The notes beneath the pieces are model-generated. The model worked only from the letters and a program-made list of their open reading frames with translations, was not told where the DNA came from and did no database searches. A stretch of DNA of 41,493 nucleotides. It comes from a virus. The stretch lies in IMG/VR virus record IMGVR_UViG_3300039305_000005. The stretch is one strand, 5' to 3'. Positions 32,801 to 38,463 of the stretch are shown here, one piece after another; the first letter of the stretch is position 1; every line of letters starts with the position of its first letter. The position numbers and the translations under genes are program-made.

Positions 32801-32974
32801 GTCGATTATGAAAACACGGACGACGGCATCGTCGCGATCGTGGAGCTGAGTGGCGCACAGGTTAGCAGCATTGGCATGGGCGACCACACCTTTTACTTTC
32901 GTGCGATCCTCAACAATGGTCGAAAGAACCATCTCACCAAAGGCGCACTGGAAGTACTTTCCGGCGGCGAATAA
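29888..32974 (+). CDS. Tail fibre / tailspike, probably with a right-handed beta-helix (pectate-lyase-like) domain
   Basis: 1028 aa. The N-terminus, VNGNDAWPGTPAQPKKTF, is typical of beta-helix proteins. N/G/S-rich repeats follow (NNSNAGVSVQNSTDFSLTAGALNNNGSAGY). It is the last structural gene. Confidence 0.75.
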   Translation: MTNFCCDTVNGNDAWPGTPAQPKKTFAAVAALVTNPAADKAIFKASPAPTMVGGNAMATWNDLAKSIAVTWQTQQLADIDKCEVAWTAGAVGSSGTPPLDSATGKRVASVNGSPRLNMTGATGLVGYRSLGANFDFSAYQQVSFWIRTNANQTSGSSRMSLRLCSDVAGAVTVNTIPIPALVAGRWTLVTVDTGGNLGNSIQSVALYADQTNSAATIWLDNIIACKNAANALTLTSLISKGTAGETYYGIASIENITGAGCTIYIDNQTETLRNTGRGYAAQTPGLNETLALWKREPITLTQAGLSLSASAFFTTAHGTVAAPIRFEFGYENLNDPAPTGETWFDGQNGFANLFTVSHRYNHVSGLGAVRFSNGLVLNNVRGNVLQVVGINNSNAGVSVQNSTDFSLTAGALNNNGSAGYASAGTGFGRILIRAGQANGNTIYGFALSSFEDVVPLTGKRMPVRLNGGTPISFQGHSCVVRDADFSSNSNLSNQAAAPSIGPSTDGLNYVIDCTLSNSGAVPNFLNTSFRHLNSLIAAKNVNRVAGDDRIYTDDAVISSDTTTTRTAGRSWKCNFQGTTRDASYPVRFPLTRLFCRAARAVTVKASMRRDNINAVGQLFVRGNSIAGVAADLSASASGAINQWETVTLTFTPTEDGFVDVWWGSYSSVINANVWVDDVTISGAVTTRESNTLDIGFFGAPFAAGVNGSTTTYLSLAWNDVQLAETIRATLPLGEAPDAAPTATLYKNGVIVPGATINIASAGGNDYDITTQIAAGWAAGDSYKLKASWTIAGDVYSQMIAQGNVRAVPNTIAPDNATINAIHADYARRGDLPTDYQQRNVAVTLPADAATSENVQDVLDALEVLKGAGWTDETLKAIFEAQSTLQQSATEMETDLEAIKIKTLTFGSGPAVVYSPVISVGFIELVDGSDYYQSEGRAVVVPMASGNIMAIRDQIAQLQFVVDDDDAFLISNVDYENTDDGIVAIVELSGAQVSSIGMGDHTFYFRAILNNGRKNHLTKGALEVLSGGE
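32528..32539. repeat. Class-1 palindrome copy (AAGTACTT core)
   Basis: CAAAGTACTTTG inside the CDS, read as Q-S-T-L-Q. Confidence 0.9.
32952..32960. repeat. Class-1 palindrome copy (AAGTACTT core)
   Basis: GGAAGTACTTTCCGG, 12 nt before the fibre-gene stop, read as E-V-L-S. Confidence 0.9.
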
Positions 32975-33024
32975 CAATAAGAAACCGGGTAGGCTATACT
33001 CGCCCCATAAGCCAGAAATGCAAA

Positions 33025-33051
33025 CGCCCGCGATGTGCAGAATCGCGGGCG
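33025..33051 (+). terminator. 10-bp GC-rich hairpin after the fibre gene
   Basis: CGCCCGCGAT (33025-33034) pairs with ATCGCGGGCG (33042-33051). The T-run is weak. Confidence 0.5.
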
Positions 33052-33086
33052 CTATCCCCGGTTAGTGGGACATTTCACAGCTTATC

Positions 33087-33095
33087 AAAGTACTT
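33087..33095. repeat. Class-1 palindrome copy (AAGTACTT core)
   Basis: Ends 21 nt before the integrase ATG 33117. The 17-mer TCAAAGTACTTCCCGGT (33085-33101) is identical to 40164-40180. Confidence 0.9.
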
Positions 33096-33116
33096 CCCGG
33101 TTAGGAGAGACAATTC

Positions 33117-34322
33117 ATGGCCACATCACTCGCGCGGGCCATTCCCGTCGATGATGTTCAAGAAACTGACCCAAGGTCAGATTTTCGAACGTCAGCTTAT
33201 ACCCAACCTTTTCCACACCCTGTACAACCTCACACCGGCCAAACCGCAATCCCCTTTTTGCAAAGCGTTGGCGGCGCCGGTGGACGCTTTGTCGAAGAAC
33301 CGATCGAGGCCGAAGTACTTTCGAGCGAACCCGTGCAGCCGGCACTGATCGAGGTCAGCGACACGCAGCTCGCGCTCGCACCCACGCCACACCTGGTCGA
33401 AGTCGATGTCGTGGCGATGCTGCTCGAAGATAAATCGAGCGCGGCCACTCGCAAAGCGTATGTGGCGGGCCTGAAGCATTTCTTTGGCAACGATCCCAAT
33501 CCTGCCGAAGTGATGGCGTTCCTGCAGCTCGATCGTCGATCGATGGCGATGAGCCTGGCGCAGTATAAAACCCGAATGCGCAAGGCGGGCTGTCGTGGTG
33601 CCGTTATCAACCAGCGTTTGTCCGCAGTCCGCTCGCTGCTCAAATATGCCAACAACCTGGGATTCTGCGATGTGGATCCGCGCGGCCTGGTCGACTCCGA
33701 AAAGATCGCTGCTTATCGTGATACCAGCGGCGTCGATGTGCCCACGTTCATCAAGATCCGCAAAGTACCGGCGAAACGCTACGGTGCTAAATCGGTGCGC
33801 GGCTTGCGCGATATCGCTTTGCTCGATGTCATGTTCGAATTGGGTCTACGTCGCAGCGAAGTGTGCAAACTCAACGTGGAAGACTTCTCGATTCCACAAA
33901 AGAAACTCTGGATCGATGGTAAAGGCCAGCATGGTCAGAAGGTGCCGATGACACTTTCACCAGGCCTGGTCAAAGCGATTGCCGATTATATCCTGGCTGC
34001 CGGCCACGCGGGCGATCGCAAAGGTCCGCTCTTTCGCAACTTGCACCACAATCCAGCGGTTGCCGGCCAACGCTTGACCGGCGACGGTTTGCGCTACCTG
34101 GTGCGCGAGTATGGTCAGGCGGTCGGCATCGAGTCGTTTGCACCGCACAAAATCAGACATACGAGCATCACAGCTGCAGCACTGGCCACCAATGGCAACA
34201 TGACCAAAGTGCAGAAACATAGCCGCCATAAGAAGCTCGAAACCGTGGCGATCTATGTCGATAACGCCAATGATGCGCAGGGCGAAGTCGGTTCATTGCT
34301 GGCGGGCATGGTGCGAAAATAA
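33117..34322 (+). CDS. int: Tyrosine recombinase / integrase
   Basis: Catalytic pattern GLRRSE (Arg), HKIRHTSIT (H-x-x-R) and HKKLETVAIY (His...Tyr). A SAM-like core-binding region (ATRKAYVAGLKHFF) is present. AGGAGA RBS. The N-terminal extension is about 100 aa. Confidence 0.92.
   Translation: MATSLARAIPVDDVQETDPRSDFRTSAYTQPFPHPVQPHTGQTAIPFLQSVGGAGGRFVEEPIEAEVLSSEPVQPALIEVSDTQLALAPTPHLVEVDVVAMLLEDKSSAATRKAYVAGLKHFFGNDPNPAEVMAFLQLDRRSMAMSLAQYKTRMRKAGCRGAVINQRLSAVRSLLKYANNLGFCDVDPRGLVDSEKIAAYRDTSGVDVPTFIKIRKVPAKRYGAKSVRGLRDIALLDVMFELGLRRSEVCKLNVEDFSIPQKKLWIDGKGQHGQKVPMTLSPGLVKAIADYILAAGHAGDRKGPLFRNLHHNPAVAGQRLTGDGLRYLVREYGQAVGIESFAPHKIRHTSITAAALATNGNMTKVQKHSRHKKLETVAIYVDNANDAQGEVGSLLAGMVRK
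33167..33179. repeat. Class-2 palindrome, imperfect (TGACCCAAGGTCA)
   Basis: 5-bp arms TGACC/GGTCA, inside the integrase N-terminal coding region. Confidence 0.6.
33313..33321. repeat. Class-1 palindrome copy (AAGTACTT core)
   Basis: GAAGTACTTTCGA inside the integrase CDS, read as E-V-L-S. The same 13-mer occurs at 29406-29418. Confidence 0.9.
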
Positions 34323-34329
34323 AGTGATG

Positions 34330-34357
34330 TTGAGTTTTTCGTCAATTTGGGTATAAT
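34330..34357 (+). promoter_or_regulatory. Sigma70-like promoter candidate downstream of int
   Basis: TTGAGT (34330-34335), a 16-nt spacer, then a perfect TATAAT (34352-34357). Confidence 0.45.
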
Positions 34358-34363
34358 CCTCTT

Positions 34364-34437
34364 TGACAGTTTGGCGGCATCCATCGAATCAGCAAAAAGC
34401 GCGGCACCCACCGGGGAATGCCGCGCTTTTTGTTTTT
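34364..34437 (+). ncRNA. Candidate small RNA (about 70-75 nt, promoter to terminator)
   Basis: Bounded by the TATAAT promoter and the intrinsic terminator at 34394-34437. It contains no credible ORF. Confidence 0.3.
34394..34437. terminator. Bidirectional intrinsic terminator between convergent genes
   Basis: AAAAAGCGCGGCA (34394-34406) pairs with TGCCGCGCTTTTT (34419-34431). An A-run lies upstream and a T-run downstream. Confidence 0.65.
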
Positions 34438-34438
34438 C

Positions 34439-34451
34439 TGACCCTGGGTCA
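34439..34451. repeat. Class-2 palindrome TGACCCTGGGTCA
   Basis: Lies immediately after the terminator T-run. It overlaps the stop codon (34449-34451) of the minus-strand gene 34449..34640. Confidence 0.9.
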
Positions 34452-34640
34452 ACTTTGGGTTTCGGAATCGATGATCGCCTGACGTTCGAGAGTTACCGCG
34501 ATTTGATAGGCTTCCATGATTTGCAAATATCCTTGCGCTGAGTTCCACGATTTTGTAGTTTGCTTTCCTATCTCTTCGCGTATCCCCTTTATTTGTTCAA
34601 GTCGCTCGGAATGGGCTTTGCGTGCTTTGTCTCCAACCAT
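34449..34640 (-). CDS. Small hypothetical protein (63 aa)
   Basis: ATG 34640 lies behind AAGGAGA with a 6-nt spacing. It is the last gene of the minus-strand operon. Confidence 0.55.
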   Translation of the reverse strand: MVGDKARKAHSERLEQIKGIREEIGKQTTKSWNSAQGYLQIMEAYQIAVTLERQAIIDSETQS

Positions 34641-34700
34641 TGCATGTCTCCTTGTTTTGAGTGGCACCGTACTTTAACCGATTTTTTGTCGAAGTTGTGG

Positions 34701-35057
34701 TTAGTTCTGGCGCCCCTGATCGCGCAGCATCAGATTCAACGTGCGCATCGCGATCAGCGCCTGCATATCGGCATTGTGCAACAGATCGGGTTCGACGGGA
34801 AGTCCGACGGCTCCCTGGCGCCGATGCGCCAAAAGTACTTTGGCCGTGGCATCACTCGCCTTCACCGCAAAATCAATCGTTGAGCGCGCCACCACGCTAA
34901 AGTGCGTCTGGTCGCCAAAACGCCAGGTGATTTCCGCACCGGTCGCACGCGCCAGCTCGACGATCGCCCTATCGAACGTTTCGCGCATAAAAATGGGATC
35001 AACACCGTCGGGCATTCCCGTCGAATCGACAGCAATAGTGATTTTAATTCTGTTCAT
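34701..35057 (-). CDS. Hypothetical early protein
   Basis: The start at 35057 (MNRIKITIAVD...) overlaps the upstream stop as ATGA. Confidence 0.65.
   Translation of the reverse strand: MNRIKITIAVDSTGMPDGVDPIFMRETFDRAIVELARATGAEITWRFGDQTHFSVVARSTIDFAVKASDATAKVLLAHRRQGAVGLPVEPDLLHNADMQALIAMRTLNLMLRDQGRQN
34832..34841. repeat. Class-1 palindrome copy (AAGTACTT core)
   Basis: CCAAAAGTACTTTGG inside the minus-strand CDS, read as A-K-V-L-L. Confidence 0.9.
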
Positions 35058-35383
35058 GAGTTCTCTCTCTGTTCGTGAACGGCCAATCGCCACACGTATT
35101 CCTTACCGCCTTCCGCGACGGCTTGACTCGCGCGCGAAACGATCCCCATTTTGTAAAGTTTGATGAGTCGCTGGTTGAGTGCGTTAGCGTTGACCTTCCT
35201 CGGCCATTTTTCTGCAAGCTCTCGTGTTGTAGCAGGCTGGTGCTTCCTCAGCATTTCGATAGTTTCGAGGATTACCAGCGGTACAATCGCTTCCAGCTTC
35301 TCTTTAACGAGATGCAAGCTAACTACGTCTTCGACGGTTTCGGCAGTAAGGACCAATTGGCCAGGCTTAGATTCAATCTTCAT
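35054..35383 (-). CDS. Winged-helix (MarR/ArsR-like) DNA-binding protein
   Basis: TTRELAEKWPRKVNANALNQRLIKLYKMGIVSR...EYVW. ATGA coupling at both ends. Confidence 0.65.
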   Translation of the reverse strand: MKIESKPGQLVLTAETVEDVVSLHLVKEKLEAIVPLVILETIEMLRKHQPATTRELAEKWPRKVNANALNQRLIKLYKMGIVSRASQAVAEGGKEYVWRLAVHEQRENS

Positions 35384-35613
35384 AAACCCGCTCCTATGGA
35401 GCCTTGGAAATAACCAAGCGCAAATATGAACGCCGTCCATTCCGCATCGGTCATATCGCCGCGCTCGTTTAGTTTCTCGATGATGTCCAGCATTGAACCT
35501 CCTGCACTCATCACAGAATCGACATCGCGCTCAAACTCGGCTGCGCGGTCAGATGACACACCCAACGCCTCCGCCAACTTGCCGCTTTTTACAAAAGTTA
35601 GTTCACGTTTCAT
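35380..35613 (-). CDS. Small hypothetical early protein
   Basis: ATG 35613 lies behind AAGGA (MKRELTFVKSGKLAEALGVS..., possibly an HTH). Confidence 0.55.
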   Translation of the reverse strand: MKRELTFVKSGKLAEALGVSSDRAAEFERDVDSVMSAGGSMLDIIEKLNERGDMTDAEWTAFIFALGYFQGSIGAGL

Positions 35614-35620
35614 AGATTCC

Positions 35621-35890
35621 TTAATCGCACGAGCTGCACAGGCCGGGCTCGGTCCAGTAACAGCCATCAACACAGCTTTGTTCATCGGTGCAGCCACACA
35701 CCCGGCAAAACATCACATTGGGCGCACACGTGGCGCAGTAGCCGCCACCGTTAGGCACCAGCATCGCGCCGCTGCAGTGGCGAATCACGCCGCGTGTGTC
35801 GGGCTCGGAGAAAGTGTCTTCCTCTTGATCGGCGGGCAGATCAACACCACAGCGCAGGCACTCGAACGCGTTGTGAAATTCAAACATCAT
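35621..35890 (-). CDS. Cys-rich zinc-binding hypothetical protein
   Basis: The C-terminal CRVCGCTDEQSCVDGCYWTEPGLCSSC motif is common in small phage proteins. ATGA overlap with the upstream stop. Confidence 0.65.
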   Translation of the reverse strand: MMFEFHNAFECLRCGVDLPADQEEDTFSEPDTRGVIRHCSGAMLVPNGGGYCATCAPNVMFCRVCGCTDEQSCVDGCYWTEPGLCSSCD

Positions 35891-36126
35891 GATTGACACT
35901 CCTGGTCACGTGCGGTCGAGCGCTGAAGTGCAGCCACTGCATCCAGACATGCAATCCGGTGCAACTCTTCGGCACCTGGCGTTCCATAACCGCGCTGTTT
36001 ATAAAGTCTCCACACTCGATCGCGAAGGGTTTTCGGCACTTTAAACCAGTGCTCACTGCACATCAACATGTTGTCGGGCACCAACCTGGCGCAGCCGATC
36101 GCCGCGCACCTGTGCTTGTTCGCCAT
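35887..36126 (-). CDS. Cys/His-rich hypothetical protein
   Basis: ATG 36126 lies behind GGAGGA. It contains CAAIGC...MCSEHW. Confidence 0.65.
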   Translation of the reverse strand: MANKHRCAAIGCARLVPDNMLMCSEHWFKVPKTLRDRVWRLYKQRGYGTPGAEELHRIACLDAVAALQRSTARDQECQS

Positions 36127-36138
36127 CAATTCCTCCAA

Positions 36139-36597
36139 TTAAAACGGCGTGCTCGATAGGCGCTGTTGTAGAGCCGTCATCGGCTTTGCTTGAGGTACAT
36201 CATTGGGAGCAATCGCCGGTGAATCTTTCACCACTGGCTTAACAGCATCTGGTTTTGATGCGGGCTGTGGCGCTTCCTTTGTTTGTGTCGTTCCAAATTG
36301 CTGCGCATTGGCACGTCGGGGATCCCAAGATTTCTTGATCGCGTTGCGCCTCTTCTTTTCAATGACTGCGCGCTCCGCTGGAGATTTGTCTTTCAATTTA
36401 TCGCCCAACGGCAGCTTTTCATTCAGCGCGTCTTCCTCTGGCGGCATGGGCAGAATCATCTCATCTATAAGATCCGCAGCAGCTTCCAGCATTTCAGCGG
36501 ATTCTATGAGGTTGTATGCCTTGGCTCGCAATTCGTCTGCTTGCTTACGCACTGCACTGGCCTGCGCAATCAAACCAGTTTTGTCTGTGGGTTTCAT
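36139..36597 (-). CDS. Hypothetical early protein (coiled-coil N-terminus, K/P-rich C-terminus)
   Basis: ATG 36597 lies behind GGAGA. ATGA overlap with the stop of frame 36594..37016. Confidence 0.65.
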   Translation of the reverse strand: MKPTDKTGLIAQASAVRKQADELRAKAYNLIESAEMLEAAADLIDEMILPMPPEEDALNEKLPLGDKLKDKSPAERAVIEKKRRNAIKKSWDPRRANAQQFGTTQTKEAPQPASKPDAVKPVVKDSPAIAPNDVPQAKPMTALQQRLSSTPF

Positions 36598-37016
36598 GGA
36601 TGTCTCCAAAGTCCTTTGGCCAGCAACCAGGCGCGCAGAATCCAGCGTTGCACCTGGTCGCGACAATAGTTGTTTAGCCACGCTTTTCGGCCATATTGGC
36701 GACATATCGCGCGCTGGTGGCCGACAGCGTTTCCGTGCGGCCAATGCCCAGAAAGCGGGCGCAGCTGCTCAAGAACTTCGCGAAGCGACGGAGCGGCAGG
36801 CACCGCGACGGCAGCGGGCGGCAATGCGTGTTCGCCTGATGCGTCCGGTTCACTTTCCACAATCGCAAGTCCGGCAGACTGTCGATCATTTGGCGCATCA
36901 TGAGCAGGCCATACAACGCAAACGCCAGCGCGATCACGCCCCAGATCTGCAGCAGCTGCACGTTGGCGTGCGCCAGCGCGAGCTGTCGAGTTGTTTCGTT
37001 CATCAGTGGTCTCCAT
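36594..37016 (-). CDS. Hypothetical ORF (the 3' part looks genuine; the 5' limit is unclear)
   Basis: Its stop is coupled (ATGA) to the start at 36597. The C-terminal part (REVLEQLRPLSGHWPHGNAVGHQRAICRQYGRKAW...) looks protein-like. It overlaps 36674..37003 in another frame. Confidence 0.35.
   Translation of the reverse strand: METTDERNNSTARAGARQRAAAADLGRDRAGVCVVWPAHDAPNDRQSAGLAIVESEPDASGEHALPPAAVAVPAAPSLREVLEQLRPLSGHWPHGNAVGHQRAICRQYGRKAWLNNYCRDQVQRWILRAWLLAKGLWRHP
36606..36619. repeat. Class-1 palindrome variant CCAAAGTCCTTTGG (one central mismatch)
   Basis: On the minus strand it reads CCAAAGGACTTTGGAGACATCCATG. That is the same motif-RBS-ATG layout seen at 2040, 14369 and 19210. Confidence 0.6.
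36674..37003 (-). CDS. Hypothetical membrane protein (the 5' part looks genuine; the 3' limit is unclear)
   Basis: The start at 37003 overlaps the upstream stop. The N-terminus, MNETTRQLALAHANVQLLQIWGVIALAFALYGLLMM, contains a TM segment. The distal part is compositionally odd. Confidence 0.35.
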   Translation of the reverse strand: MNETTRQLALAHANVQLLQIWGVIALAFALYGLLMMRQMIDSLPDLRLWKVNRTHQANTHCRPLPSRCLPLRRFAKFLSSCARFLGIGRTETLSATSARYVANMAEKRG

Positions 37017-37434
37017 TGGAAAAAATCAGCGGGCAAAAGATCGTCGCAGCATCACAGATCTGCACGCTCTCAGGTCGCGTGCGCGTGTTGAGGTAGCAGG
37101 GAAAGCGCACTTCGCACCAGGGATCATTATCGGCAGCCACCAGGCGCCCCAGGCGATCGGTGAGGCCGGACACTTCGAGCAGCTGCGCCAGCGCGAAGCC
37201 TGGTCCCGGCCCGGCGTTGAATTCGACCGGCGGCAAGTCTTCCGGCCAGCTGCCGATGTTCTTGGGATCATTTTCGGTGCGCGTCCATTCCGCAACGATG
37301 GTGTCACGCATCAACTCTTCAAAGCGCGCCAGTGTGACCGGGTTTAAGTTCTGATCGTGGGGCCAGGCAGCACGGACTTGCTGCACCCACCAGGCAGCCG
37401 TGACGCGCGCGGACTCGATAATATTGGGAGTCAT
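37003..37434 (-). CDS. Hypothetical early protein
   Basis: ATG 37434 lies behind GAGGTG. 143 aa. Confidence 0.7.
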   Translation of the reverse strand: MTPNIIESARVTAAWWVQQVRAAWPHDQNLNPVTLARFEELMRDTIVAEWTRTENDPKNIGSWPEDLPPVEFNAGPGPGFALAQLLEVSGLTDRLGRLVAADNDPWCEVRFPCYLNTRTRPESVQICDAATIFCPLIFSNGDH

Positions 37435-37525
37435 AAACACCTCATTTCAATAGTGGTGAAGAGAAGTAGTAACCGCGCATAGCATCATTGTACCTGATGT
37501 TATGCGCGTGTTGAGTACCAAGTGC

Positions 37526-37534
37526 AAAGTACTT
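37526..37534. repeat. Class-1 palindrome copy (AAGTACTT core)
   Basis: GCAAAGTACTTAG, intergenic. On the minus strand it directly follows the terminator T-run and lies 91 nt upstream of the start at 37434. Confidence 0.9.
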
Positions 37535-37580
37535 AGAAAGGGGAAGAAAAGGAGGCGCGGGCCTGCAGGAGCGCCCGCGC
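37535..37580 (-). terminator. Intrinsic terminator (minus strand)
   Basis: GCGCGGGC (37555-37562) pairs with GCCCGCGC (37573-37580). On the minus strand it is followed by CTCCTTTTCTTCCCCTTTCT. Confidence 0.55.
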
Positions 37581-37591
37581 GAGTAGGGGAG

Positions 37592-38110
37592 TTAAACCAT
37601 ACGCACTTTGAGGGTTTGGCGCTGCATCGAACCGCGACGCACGCTCCACCCAATGACCCAGTGACGGCGCTGGATCGCGGCGGTAATGTCGCGCATTTCG
37701 TCGGGTGTGAGCTGGGTGCGCGAAGTGATTTCTTCACCGATGAATTCCGACAGCGCAGCACACATCAGTTCGCCGTCGCTGGTGTCGAGACCGGCATCAC
37801 GAGCGGCTTTGAACATTTCTTTTTGTGCGGAGAGATAAGCCACTTCATCGGCATCGGGCAGGGTGCGATAAGCAGGGCGGGGAGTTTTGGCCACGGTGGC
37901 CACACGGCACAGCGCAGCCTCGAAAGCGTCGGCTTCGGGCAAGGTCATTTCGACCGTGCTGCCATCGATGGAAGAAAGGCGCGCCATCGCATACTTTTCG
38001 ACGCGCTCGATACTGACAATGTGCGCGACGTTGCGCAAGTAAGTGCGGCCAGCCGCCTCAAAGCGGATAAAGGCCGGTTGTGCAGGGGAAGGGGTTTGAG
38101 AGATAATCAT
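37592..38110 (-). CDS. First gene of the minus-strand early operon (hypothetical)
   Basis: ATG 38110 lies behind AAGGAGA. 172 aa. Confidence 0.7.
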   Translation of the reverse strand: MIISQTPSPAQPAFIRFEAAGRTYLRNVAHIVSIERVEKYAMARLSSIDGSTVEMTLPEADAFEAALCRVATVAKTPRPAYRTLPDADEVAYLSAQKEMFKAARDAGLDTSDGELMCAALSEFIGEEITSRTQLTPDEMRDITAAIQRRHWVIGWSVRRGSMQRQTLKVRMV

Positions 38111-38134
38111 GGATGCAGTCTCCTTGCGAGATTG

Positions 38135-38175
38135 GAGCGCAGTTGTGAATCTGACCAGGATAGGCAACTGCGCTC
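38135..38175. promoter_or_regulatory. Perfect 11-bp inverted repeat in the leader of the minus-strand operon
   Basis: GAGCGCAGTTG (38135-38145) and CAACTGCGCTC (38165-38175), with a 19-nt spacer. Confidence 0.45.
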
Positions 38176-38188
38176 GCTCTTTCCTTTA

Positions 38189-38253
38189 ATTGTAACACTT
38201 GTAACATTGTATAACAAGACTAACTTGTAACATTTGTAAAAATATTTTAGAAT
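38189..38253. promoter_or_regulatory. Divergent promoter/operator region with TTGTAACA repeats
   Basis: TTGTAACA at 38190, 38199 and 38225, plus TTGTATAACA (38207) and TTGTAAAA (38234). Rightward promoter: TTGTAA (38225-38230), 17 nt, TAGAAT (38248-38253). Leftward promoter: TTGTTA, 17 nt, TACAAT, the complement of 38212-38217 and 38189-38194. Confidence 0.5.
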
Positions 38254-38256
38254 GTA

Positions 38257-38463
38257 GTGACAATGGAACAGAGCAACAATGTCGAGCCGATGACAATGGT
38301 TGAAGTGTGCGAAGCCCTGGGTATTTCGCGCATGACAGCACACCGTCGCATTCGCGAGGGTGTGATCAAACCGCTGCCTAAATCACCTGGCCAGCGCCGT
38401 GCCCACAGATTACTTTTTGATCGTGCTGAGATCGAGCGTGTCAAGCAAGAAGGCACGGAATGA
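38257..38463 (+). CDS. Excisionase / MerR-type HTH protein (AlpA-like)
   Basis: MTMVEVCEALGISRMTAHRRIREGVIKPLP. The start is uncertain (GTG 38257, ATG 38263 or ATG 38290). The stop overlaps the parA ATG. Confidence 0.7.
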   Translation: MTMEQSNNVEPMTMVEVCEALGISRMTAHRRIREGVIKPLPKSPGQRRAHRLLFDRAEIERVKQEGTE

